NCBI GenBank assembly: GCA_016700055.1
Contig: CP064997.1
Coordinates: forward strand, 2,938,514-3,002,513
Direction of reading: 5' to 3'
Source of the DNA: Actinomycetota bacterium
GTDB lineage: Bacteria; Actinomycetota; Acidimicrobiia; Acidimicrobiales; Ilumatobacteraceae
DNA: 64,000 bases
Under the pieces are notes generated by a model that made no database searches, was not told where the DNA came from, and was given only the letters and a program-made list of their open reading frames with translations. The stretch's first letter is position 1. Each line of letters opens with the position of its first letter. The position numbers were made by a program, and so were the translations under genes. This document shows positions 55,409 to 63,168 of the stretch, one piece after another.

Positions 55409-55698
55409 CACCTCCGGCGCAGCGGGCGTGTGATCTGTGCGAGGCCGCCCGGATCACGCCGTGGTACTACGAAGACGACGTCTGCTGGGTGGCCGAGTGC
55501 GAGTTCTGCGCCGTGCCGATGGTGGTCTGGAAACAACACGACCACCTGCCGCCCGACGAGGTGAAGGGTTACCTTCACGCCCGCCTGGCAGAGGTGGTCG
55601 TGTCGCAGTTCGGGTTCGAGCACTACGTCGACGACAACATGCGCAACATCCCGGACCACTACCACGCCCACGCGCGACCGCGGGGGCTTTGGCGGTGA
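55405..55698 (+). CDS. small Cys/His-rich protein, HIT-like (CxxC, CxxC, HYHAHA) of unknown function
   Basis: GTG 55405 in GTGA overlap with trpA; CDLC and CEFC pairs and PDHYHAHARP resembling the HxHxHx histidine-triad. Confidence 0.45.
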   Translation: MTPPAQRACDLCEAARITPWYYEDDVCWVAECEFCAVPMVVWKQHDHLPPDEVKGYLHARLAEVVVSQFGFEHYVDDNMRNIPDHYHAHARPRGLWR

Positions 55699-55952
55699 TG
55701 ATCTCGATACGAGGCGTCGTCTCGGTAGAGCTGTCAGCAGGGCTTCGAAACAGGGCGACCCGTCATGGGCTCTCCTAATGTGTTGATCGACACGGGCAGT
55801 GGTGATCACCCCCCGAATCGCTTGACAGTGACAACATGATTCAACCACGTTCCGTGGTGGAATGAAAGACACAGAGTCAAGATTCTTGAGGAAACCACTC
55901 ACCGTAGTGAGATCGCCGCAATGAGAGAGTTCGGCAGACCCTGGAGATCGGG

Positions 55953-56237
55953 TCAGGCTGGGCTGGGCAATGTCTCGAGCAGGTAAGCGGTCGGGGTGCC
56001 GTCACGCAGGTGCGGGGTGTTCGGCCAGATCTCCGTCTGCAGCCGCCCGAGGAACGCACGGGCTTGCGCGGCCGTGTCGAACTCGAGCTCGACCGAGACG
56101 AGGTTCCGATAGTCGGTGCCCCGCCGCACCGAGTAGGCGGTCACACCGCCCTCCGCGCGGAACGCATCGAAGGTGTCGAAGGTCGTCAGCCACTCGTCGA
56201 AGTCCCTGACGCCATGGGTGATGTTGAGGGTGGTCAT
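55953..56237 (-). CDS. small hypothetical protein (possibly dimeric alpha/beta-barrel-like)
   Basis: 94-aa ORF, balanced composition, divergent from LuxR gene; no motif I can name. Confidence 0.4.
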   Translation of the reverse strand: MTTLNITHGVRDFDEWLTTFDTFDAFRAEGGVTAYSVRRGTDYRNLVSVELEFDTAAQARAFLGRLQTEIWPNTPHLRDGTPTAYLLETLPSPA

Positions 56238-56304
56238 GTCTCGAACTATCCCGCTGATCGCCGTCTCGTCCCATCCCAGATAGGTGGGGTTCTACGGTTG
56301 TCCC

Positions 56305-57345
56305 ATGACGGAGCTGGTGGCACGTCGTTGCCGGGGTCACGACGGCGATGAGCGGTCGTTGCGCACCGCCCTCCTCGACGACCTGCGCGCCCGGGTGCCG
56401 TTCGAGTGGCACGTCTGGGCGCTCACCGATCCCGAGACCGAGGTGGCGGTCGCGCCGCTGGCCACCGTGCCCGACCACGTGATGCCGCAGCTGCCTGGCC
56501 TCATCCGCCGCCGCTACCTCACCCCCGTGAACCGGTGGGACAGCATCGACGGCCCGGTCGGCTCGCTGCACCGGGCTACTGGCGGGAGTCTGGCGGAAAG
56601 CCCGCTCCACGCCGAGGTCCTCGGGCCCGCCGGGATCGGTGACATCGCCATCATGGTGTTCCGCGATCGGTTCGGGTGCTGGGGGTTCGTCGACCTGTGG
56701 CGTTCGGCGGACGATGCCCCGTTCAGCGACGCGGAGCTCGACACCTTGGCCGCAGACGTCCCCGCCATCACCGAAGCGCTGCGCCGCTGCCTGGCGCGGA
56801 CCTTCGACGAGCGAGCCTCCATCCCGCCAGGCGCCGGCCCCGCGGTGCTGTTCCTTTCTCCCGACCTGGAGGTGCGCGGCCAGACGCCGGGCACCGAGGC
56901 CTACCTCAGGGCGCTGTTGCCGACCGAGGCCGATCGTCAACCGGTGCCCGCAGGGGCGTACAACGTGGCGGCAGCCCTCGTCGCGTCGGAGGGCGGGCAC
57001 TTCGACCACGCGGCGGTGGCTCGGGTGCGACCGGCCGTCGGGACCTGGCTCACGTTCCGGGCGGCGCGAGTCGACGCCGATCGGCCCGTCGTCGAGCAGG
57101 ACATCGCCGTCACCATCGAGTTGACATCACCGCGCGACCGCCGCTCGCTCTACGCGCACGCCCACGGGCTCACACCGCGAGAACGCGAGCTCATCGATCT
57201 GCTCTGCGAAGGTGCCGACACGCGATCGGTCGCCGAGTCTCTGTTCCTCTCGGAGCACACCGTGCAGGACCACCTGAAGTCGATCTTCGCGAAGACCGGC
57301 ACCCGAAACCGTCGCACCCTTCTCGCCCGCCTCGCGGGGTCCTGA
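56305..57345 (+). CDS. LuxR-family transcriptional regulator with N-terminal sensory (GAF-like) region
   Basis: C-terminal HTH LTPRERELIDLLCEGADTRSVAESLFLSEHTVQDHLKSIFAKTG; start ATG 56305. Confidence 0.8.
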   Translation: MTELVARRCRGHDGDERSLRTALLDDLRARVPFEWHVWALTDPETEVAVAPLATVPDHVMPQLPGLIRRRYLTPVNRWDSIDGPVGSLHRATGGSLAESPLHAEVLGPAGIGDIAIMVFRDRFGCWGFVDLWRSADDAPFSDAELDTLAADVPAITEALRRCLARTFDERASIPPGAGPAVLFLSPDLEVRGQTPGTEAYLRALLPTEADRQPVPAGAYNVAAALVASEGGHFDHAAVARVRPAVGTWLTFRAARVDADRPVVEQDIAVTIELTSPRDRRSLYAHAHGLTPRERELIDLLCEGADTRSVAESLFLSEHTVQDHLKSIFAKTGTRNRRTLLARLAGS

Positions 57346-57390
57346 TCCCCTGCGATCAGCTCATGCAGCTGAGGCTCGCAAGCAGGTGGT

Positions 57391-57804
57391 CTAGGGCTGC
57401 GGCGTGATCAGCTCGAGGGTGGGGAAGTAGGTGCGGTACCGGCCGCCGTCGCGCGTGAGGAGCGCGAGCCCGTCAACGGCGGCATGGGCCCCGATGTAGA
57501 AGTCCGGCAGGGGAACGGGGGCGCCGCCCTGGCTGCGCCGGTAGGCCGTGAACGCCTTGCCGGCGAGAAACGCGGCTGCCCACGGAAGCGGTGCACGGCG
57601 GAACTCACTCGCGGGAAGGGCGTCCTCGAGGTCCTCGACACGCGAGAACCTCACGGACACCTCGGCGTACACGATCGGGTTCACGAAGAGCGGTCCCGAC
57701 TCGGCGGCAGCGCTCAGCGAGCGGCTCGACCAGTCGACCCAGGCCGGGTCCTCGGTGAAGATGTCCAACAGCACGTTCGAGTCGACGAGAGTGCCGGCGG
57801 CCAT
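57391..57804 (-). CDS. vapC: PIN-domain toxin VapC
   Basis: LVDSNVLLD, YAEV, DFYIGAHA, LLTRD acidic PIN quartet positions; 3 nt after antitoxin stop. Confidence 0.85.
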   Translation of the reverse strand: MAAGTLVDSNVLLDIFTEDPAWVDWSSRSLSAAAESGPLFVNPIVYAEVSVRFSRVEDLEDALPASEFRRAPLPWAAAFLAGKAFTAYRRSQGGAPVPLPDFYIGAHAAVDGLALLTRDGGRYRTYFPTLELITPQP

Positions 57805-57807
57805 GGG

Positions 57808-58035
57808 TCAGTCGACCCGCGTCAGGGCCATGATCTCGTCGGTCGTCATCCCGATGTCGCCTCGGCCGCGCATCCGGTCTACGAGCAGTGCTCCCCGGGA
57901 GGCAGCGGTGGCCTTCTTGCGAACGACGATGGTGTCCTTGCGTCTCTCGAACTCGACCTCGGTCCCGGCTCCGATGCCGAGGGCATCGCGTAGCTCCTTG
58001 GGGATGGTGACCTGGCCCTTCTCGGTGACCCGCAT
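57808..58035 (-). CDS. vapB: AbrB/SpoVT-type antitoxin VapB
   Basis: MRVTEKGQVTIPKELRDALGI swapped-hairpin motif; 75 aa upstream of PIN gene. Confidence 0.8.
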   Translation of the reverse strand: MRVTEKGQVTIPKELRDALGIGAGTEVEFERRKDTIVVRKKATAASRGALLVDRMRGRGDIGMTTDEIMALTRVD

Positions 58036-58139
58036 GTTGGAATCGTACCAGTAAGACTCCTACCGAGAGTCCGGCGAACGCGAAGGTTCGTGTTGCACAA
58101 GAGGCACCTCGATCGCCTCGCCGGGCGTATCGTCGGTAC

Positions 58140-58604
58140 ATGCCTCTCGAACCCGGTGACAAGGCGCCCGACTTCACGCTGCTCGATCAACACGGCGACG
58201 AGTTCACGGCGAGTGGGCAGCGCGGGCGCCGGATGCTCGTGTACTTCTACCCGAAGGCCGACACGCCGGGCTGCACGCAGCAGTCGTGCCTGCTGCGAGA
58301 CGTCGCCGGCGAGGTCGGCGACACGGTGATCGTCGGGATCAGCCCCGACACCGTCGCCCGCCAGGCCAAGTTCGACGCGAAGTACGGCCTCGGCTTCCCA
58401 CTGCTCGCCGACACCGAGCACGAGGTGGCCGAGGCCTACGGGGTGTGGCAGGAGAAGAAGAACTACGGCAAGACGTACATGGGCGTCGTGCGCTCCTCCT
58501 TCCTCGTCGGCCCGAACGGCGAGCTGGAGCGGGTGTGGTACAAGATCAGCCCGAAGGACACCCCGGCCAAGCTGCTCGCCGCGCTCGCGGAGCTCGGTTC
58601 GTGA
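58140..58604 (+). CDS. bcp: thiol peroxidase Bcp (peroxiredoxin)
   Basis: APDFTLLDQHG, VYFYPKADTPGCTQQ peroxidatic Cys motif. Confidence 0.9.
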   Translation: MPLEPGDKAPDFTLLDQHGDEFTASGQRGRRMLVYFYPKADTPGCTQQSCLLRDVAGEVGDTVIVGISPDTVARQAKFDAKYGLGFPLLADTEHEVAEAYGVWQEKKNYGKTYMGVVRSSFLVGPNGELERVWYKISPKDTPAKLLAALAELGS

Positions 58605-59029
58605 GCGACCTGCCGAACCCGATCGACGTCATCCCCCATCGCCCCCCCTTCCTCTTCGTCGACGAGCTGACTGCCCTCGACCCCGGTCGCGGCGCGACCG
58701 GGCGATGGCATGTCTCGGGCGAGGAGTGGTTCTTCGCCGGTCACTTCCCGGGACGCCCGACGCTGCCGGGCGTCCTGATGTGCGAGGCGATCGCTCAGGT
58801 AGGCGCGCTCGCCCTTCTCGCCGGCGGGCAGCTCCCCGGCAAGCTCGCGCTGTTCGGCGGCCTCGACTCGGCCCGCTTCCGGCGCCAGGTGCTGCCTGGC
58901 GACACGCTGGAGATGACCGTCGAGCTCGGTCAGCGCAGCACTCGCGCCGGTAAGGGAGCCGGCCGGGCGACGGTCGACGGCGCGCTCGCCTGCTCGTGCG
59001 AGCTGATGTTCGTACTCGTCGACGCCTGA
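58601..59029 (+). CDS. fabZ: 3-hydroxyacyl-ACP dehydratase (FabZ-type hotdog)
   Basis: GTG 58601 in GTGA overlap with bcp; IPHRPPFLFVD, FFAGHFPGRPTLPGVLMCEAIAQ. Confidence 0.85.
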   Translation: MSDLPNPIDVIPHRPPFLFVDELTALDPGRGATGRWHVSGEEWFFAGHFPGRPTLPGVLMCEAIAQVGALALLAGGQLPGKLALFGGLDSARFRRQVLPGDTLEMTVELGQRSTRAGKGAGRATVDGALACSCELMFVLVDA

Positions 59030-59043
59030 GTGGTTCGCGACGG

Positions 59044-60945
59044 TCAGGGCTCGACGATGCCGAAACCGGTCATGAACACGTCGATGTGATCGAAGAGACG
59101 TCCGGGCGCAGCCGGATCGCCGTCGACGGTCGCGTCCCCGTTCGCGACCACTTCGGCGAAGGTCGACTCGCCGGAGGCCACGGCTGACAGCGCTCGACGA
59201 GTGGTGGTGATCGTTGCATCTGCAACGTCTGCATGCCGTCCGGCGACGTGGGAGAGCGCCCTGTTGGAGAGCTGCAACACCCACTTGGGCACGTCGCCGT
59301 CGCGGTCGAGGTCGGTGAACGTCACGTTGAGCGTGACGTCGAGCCCGCCCACGTCGTCGGCGAGCAGACGCACGGCCAACGCGTCGAACAGCAGGTCGGG
59401 TCCCATCGCCGACAGGTAGCCGCTCGCGGTCGCGACCCGCGGCGGGAACGAAGCCTGGCGCAGCTCCTGCGCCCCCATCAGGTATGCGTTGCGGAACGTG
59501 GCCGACTCGCACTGGTAGCCGAGCTGCTCAAACGTGTCGGCCTGCAACTCACGTGCCGCGACGTTGGACGGATCGGCGAAGACGAGGTGGTTCAACACCT
59601 CTGCCGCCCAGCGGTAGTCGCCGGCGTCGAACTTGCGACGCGCGTGGTCGAGCATCTGCTCGGCTCCGCCGGCCAGCTCCACGTACCGCCGCCCGGCCTC
59701 GGCGGGAGGCAGCTCCGCCAGATGCGCGGGATTGCCGTCGTACCAGCTGAGGTAGCGCTGGTACACCGCCTTCACGTTGTGGCCGAGGTGGCCGTAGTAG
59801 CCGACGGTGTGGCTCTCGGCCTTGAACTCGGGCGGGAGCGTGAGCACCTCGGCGATCTCGGTCGGGACCAGCCCGTGGTTCGCGTGCCTCAGCGTCTGGT
59901 CGTGGATGAACCGGTACAGGTCACGCTGCAGGGTGAGGTAGTGCAGCACGTCGTCGTTGCCCCAGCGCGGCCAGTGGTGCGACGCGAACGTCAGCTCCGT
60001 GCTGGAGCCGAACATCTCGATCGCCTCGCCGATGTACTTCGACCAGCGGAGCGCGTCGCGGGCCTGGGCGCCACGGATCGGCACCAGGTTGTGCATGTTG
60101 TGCGTGCAGTTCTCGGCCATGCACAGCCAACCGAAGTCCGGGAAGTAGAAGTTCATCTCCGCCGGCGCCTCGGCTTCCGGGGTGAGCTGGAAGACGATGC
60201 GCACTCCGTCGACGTCGAGCTCCTCGCCGGTGTGCGTGACGTCCTCGGTGGGAGCGATCAACCCCGGGGTGGCGAAGGGCAACGCCTTGCCCAGCCCGCA
60301 GTCGACGTGGCCCCGCTCACTCGGCGGGAGCAAGAGGCCGAACTGGTACGCCGCGCGGCGGATCATCGCGTACCCGGCGAGCACGTTCTCGGCGAGCGTC
60401 TCGCGCATGAAGTGCTGCGGGGCGATCACCCGGCAACGACCGGAGGTGACGTCGTCCTCGGTGGTCACCCCGTGGACTCCGCCGAAGTGGTCGACATGGC
60501 TGTGGGTGTAGATGACCGCGACCACCGGGCGCTCGCCGAGCGTGGCGTTTGCCAGGTCGAGGCACGCTCGTGCCGTCGGCTCGACGGAGAGGGGGTCGAT
60601 CACGATCCATCCGCTGCGACTGGCGACGAAGGTGATGTTGGAGATGTCGTAGCCGCGCGCCTGCCAGCACCCGGGCGCCACCTCGAACAGGCCGTGCACA
60701 CCGTTCAGCTGGGCCTGACGCCACAGGCTGGGGTTGACGGTCTCGGAGTTGACGGACCCGCGCTGGATGAACGCGTGCCTCCCCGTGTCCCACGCCGCGC
60801 CGTGCTCGGTCGAGATCACACCCGTCGGGTGCTCGGCGAGGAGACCACGCTCCACACGCTCCCAGTCGGCGTCGTCGAAGCCGAGCTCGACCGGCGCGTT
60901 CGCAGCCCGCGTGTGCTGGCTCGCGCCCTTTGGTGAAGTGCTCAT
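59044..60945 (-). CDS. alkyl/aryl-sulfatase (MBL fold with dimerisation and SCP2-like C-terminal domains, SdsA1-like)
   Basis: YTHSHVDHFGG metallo-beta-lactamase motif, 633 aa, C-terminal SCP2-like region. Confidence 0.8.
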   Translation of the reverse strand: MSTSPKGASQHTRAANAPVELGFDDADWERVERGLLAEHPTGVISTEHGAAWDTGRHAFIQRGSVNSETVNPSLWRQAQLNGVHGLFEVAPGCWQARGYDISNITFVASRSGWIVIDPLSVEPTARACLDLANATLGERPVVAVIYTHSHVDHFGGVHGVTTEDDVTSGRCRVIAPQHFMRETLAENVLAGYAMIRRAAYQFGLLLPPSERGHVDCGLGKALPFATPGLIAPTEDVTHTGEELDVDGVRIVFQLTPEAEAPAEMNFYFPDFGWLCMAENCTHNMHNLVPIRGAQARDALRWSKYIGEAIEMFGSSTELTFASHHWPRWGNDDVLHYLTLQRDLYRFIHDQTLRHANHGLVPTEIAEVLTLPPEFKAESHTVGYYGHLGHNVKAVYQRYLSWYDGNPAHLAELPPAEAGRRYVELAGGAEQMLDHARRKFDAGDYRWAAEVLNHLVFADPSNVAARELQADTFEQLGYQCESATFRNAYLMGAQELRQASFPPRVATASGYLSAMGPDLLFDALAVRLLADDVGGLDVTLNVTFTDLDRDGDVPKWVLQLSNRALSHVAGRHADVADATITTTRRALSAVASGESTFAEVVANGDATVDGDPAAPGRLFDHIDVFMTGFGIVEP

Positions 60946-60970
60946 CTGGGCCGTCCTTCCGAGGCGGTCG

Positions 60971-62149
60971 TCAGGTTGCCGGCGCGAGGACCAGCGAACC
61001 GTTGTGGCCGCCGAAGCCGAAGTTGTTGGAGATCGTCGGCCCCGGAGTCCAGTGCCGGGCGGTGCCGGTGACGACGTCGATCGCCATCTCCGGGTCGACG
61101 TCGGTCGTCCCTGCGGTGGGCGGGATCAGCCGGTGCTCGATGGCGAGCAGCACGGCGGCGGCCTCCAAGGCCCCTGCCGCGCCGAGCGCGTGCCCGGTGA
61201 CACCCTTGATCGAGGTGACCGGAACGCGGTTGGCGCCGAACAACGCGGCCACCGCTTCCGCCTCGGCGGCGTCGTTCAGCGGCGTCGACGTGCCGTGGGC
61301 GTTCACCTGCACGATGTCTGCGGGTTGCAGGCCGGCGTCGTCCAGGGCGAGGCGCATGCAGGCGATGGCACCGGTGCCCCCCGGGGCCGGAGCCGTCACG
61401 TGGTGGGCGTCGGCGTTGCTGGCCGAGCCGAGCACCTCGGCGAGAACGGTGGCTCCGCGGGCCTGCGCGTGCTCCCACTCTTCGAGTACCAGCATCGCCG
61501 CACCCTCGCCCATCACGAAACCGTCACGGCCCACGTCGAAGGGGCGGCTGGACCCCGACGTGGAGAGCGCGGTCATGTTGGCAAAGCCGGCCAGCGCGGT
61601 GACGGTGGACGCGGACTCGCTGCCCCCGGTGACCATCGCGTCGCAGCGGCCCATGGCCACGAGCCGCGCCGCGTACCCGATGGCATGGGTCGAAGCCGCG
61701 CAGGCAGTGCAGATGGTCTCGTTCGGGCCCTGCAAGCCGAAGCGCATCGAGATCGCCGCGCCCGACGCATTCGCCATCATCATCGGGACGAGGAACGGCG
61801 ACACCCGCCGATCCCCCTTCGCGAGGCGCAGCTCGACCTGTTCCTCCAGGGTGTGCAGCCCCCCGATGCCGGTGCCGACGACGACCCCGAAGCGGGCCGG
61901 CTCGACGCCGACCGAGCCCGCCTGATCGAGCGCTTCGGTCGCGGCGGCGACGGCGAACTGCTCTACGCGGTCGGCGCGGCGCGCCTCCTTGGGGTTCGGG
62001 TACCACGAGGCGGGATCCCAGCCGGCGAGGTGCACCGACCTCGCGCCGGTGATGCCCGGGCCAAGCAGGCCCTGCCAGTAGGCCTCGCGCCCGAGACCGC
62101 AAGGAGCGACGACGCCGAGGCCGGTGACCGCGACCCGCCGCCCGAGCAT
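60971..62149 (-). CDS. fabF: beta-ketoacyl-ACP synthase II
   Basis: TACAAS active-site Cys, NAHGTSTP, GHALGAAG, FGFGGHN. Confidence 0.95.
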   Translation of the reverse strand: MLGRRVAVTGLGVVAPCGLGREAYWQGLLGPGITGARSVHLAGWDPASWYPNPKEARRADRVEQFAVAAATEALDQAGSVGVEPARFGVVVGTGIGGLHTLEEQVELRLAKGDRRVSPFLVPMMMANASGAAISMRFGLQGPNETICTACAASTHAIGYAARLVAMGRCDAMVTGGSESASTVTALAGFANMTALSTSGSSRPFDVGRDGFVMGEGAAMLVLEEWEHAQARGATVLAEVLGSASNADAHHVTAPAPGGTGAIACMRLALDDAGLQPADIVQVNAHGTSTPLNDAAEAEAVAALFGANRVPVTSIKGVTGHALGAAGALEAAAVLLAIEHRLIPPTAGTTDVDPEMAIDVVTGTARHWTPGPTISNNFGFGGHNGSLVLAPAT

Positions 62150-62385
62150 CAGAGCTTCCCGGCGACCAGCTCGTACGCCTGGCCGACGGTCTCGATGCCT
62201 TCAAGCTCCTCTTCGGGAACCTCTACTCCGAACTCCTCCTCGAGCGCCATCACGAGCTCGACCAGGTCGAGGCTGTCGGCGTCGAGGTCGTCACCGAAGC
62301 GGGCGTCGGGGGTGACCTGTGCCGGGTCGACGCTCAGCACCTCGACGGCGCAATCGCGGAAGCGGGCGAACAGCTCTTCGTTCAC
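62149..62385 (-). CDS. acpP: acyl carrier protein
   Basis: DLDADSLDLVELVMALEEEF phosphopantetheine site; GTG start 5 nt after AAGGAG; 1-nt overlap with fabF. Confidence 0.9.
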   Translation of the reverse strand: MNEELFARFRDCAVEVLSVDPAQVTPDARFGDDLDADSLDLVELVMALEEEFGVEVPEEELEGIETVGQAYELVAGKL

Positions 62386-62463
62386 ATGGACTCCTTGGTA
62401 GGTGTGGGGTGTTGCCCGGATCGACGCGCGACCCGGGAGTGGATGGAGAAGGATAAGGCGTGG

Positions 62464-63168
62464 TCAGTGGCCCATGCCCAGCCCGCCGTCGACCGGGATC
62501 ACCGCCCCGGTGATGTAGGCGGCGTCGGCAGAGGCGAGGAAGGCGACCGCGGCGGCGATCTCGTCGGGTGTGGCGACCCTGCCGAGCGGCACGGCTGCGG
62601 TGAGCTCGGCCAGGCGCTGCTCGCTCAGCGCGGCGGTCATGTCGGTGGCGACCGGTCCCGGGGCCACCACGTTGACCGTGATCGAACGTGAGCCGAGCTC
62701 GCGCGCGAGCGAGCGGGCGAGTCCGACCAGGCCGGCCTTCGACGCCGCGTAGTTGGCCTGGCCGGCCGAGCCGAGCAGCCCGACCACGCTCGACACGAGG
62801 ACGATGCGTCCCCGCCTGGCGCGCAGCATCCCCTGGGTGGCGCGCTTGCACACGCGGAACGCGGCGGTGAGGTTGGCGTCGACGACGGAGGTGAAGTCCT
62901 GCTCGGACATCCGCAGCAGCAGCGTGTCCTTGGTGATGCCGGCGTTCGACACGAGCACCTCGACCGGGCCGAGCTCGGCTTCGACGGTGGCGAAAGCGGC
63001 GTCGACCTGCTCGGTGGAGGTGACGTCGCAGGGCACGCCGAGCACTCCCGCGGGCGCCTCGCCCGAGCGGAGCGTCACGGCCACCTTGTCACCGAGGCCG
63101 ACGAAGCGCTGCGCGCACGCGAGGCCGATGCCGCGCGCGCCTCCCGTGACCAGGACCACCCTGCTCAT
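62464..63168 (-). CDS. fabG: 3-oxoacyl-ACP reductase (SDR)
   Basis: TGGARGIG, NAG, YAASKAG; ATGA overlap with fabH. Confidence 0.9.
   Translation of the reverse strand: MSRVVLVTGGARGIGLACAQRFVGLGDKVAVTLRSGEAPAGVLGVPCDVTSTEQVDAAFATVEAELGPVEVLVSNAGITKDTLLLRMSEQDFTSVVDANLTAAFRVCKRATQGMLRARRGRIVLVSSVVGLLGSAGQANYAASKAGLVGLARSLARELGSRSITVNVVAPGPVATDMTAALSEQRLAELTAAVPLGRVATPDEIAAAVAFLASADAAYITGAVIPVDGGLGMGH

Noticed and set aside
55822-55827. A TTGACA hexamer in the AT-rich spacer as a promoter for a small RNA.
   Set aside because: No acceptable -10 (TANNNT) lies at 16-19 nt on that strand. The minus-strand TTGACT/TTGAAT hexamers likewise lack a partner.
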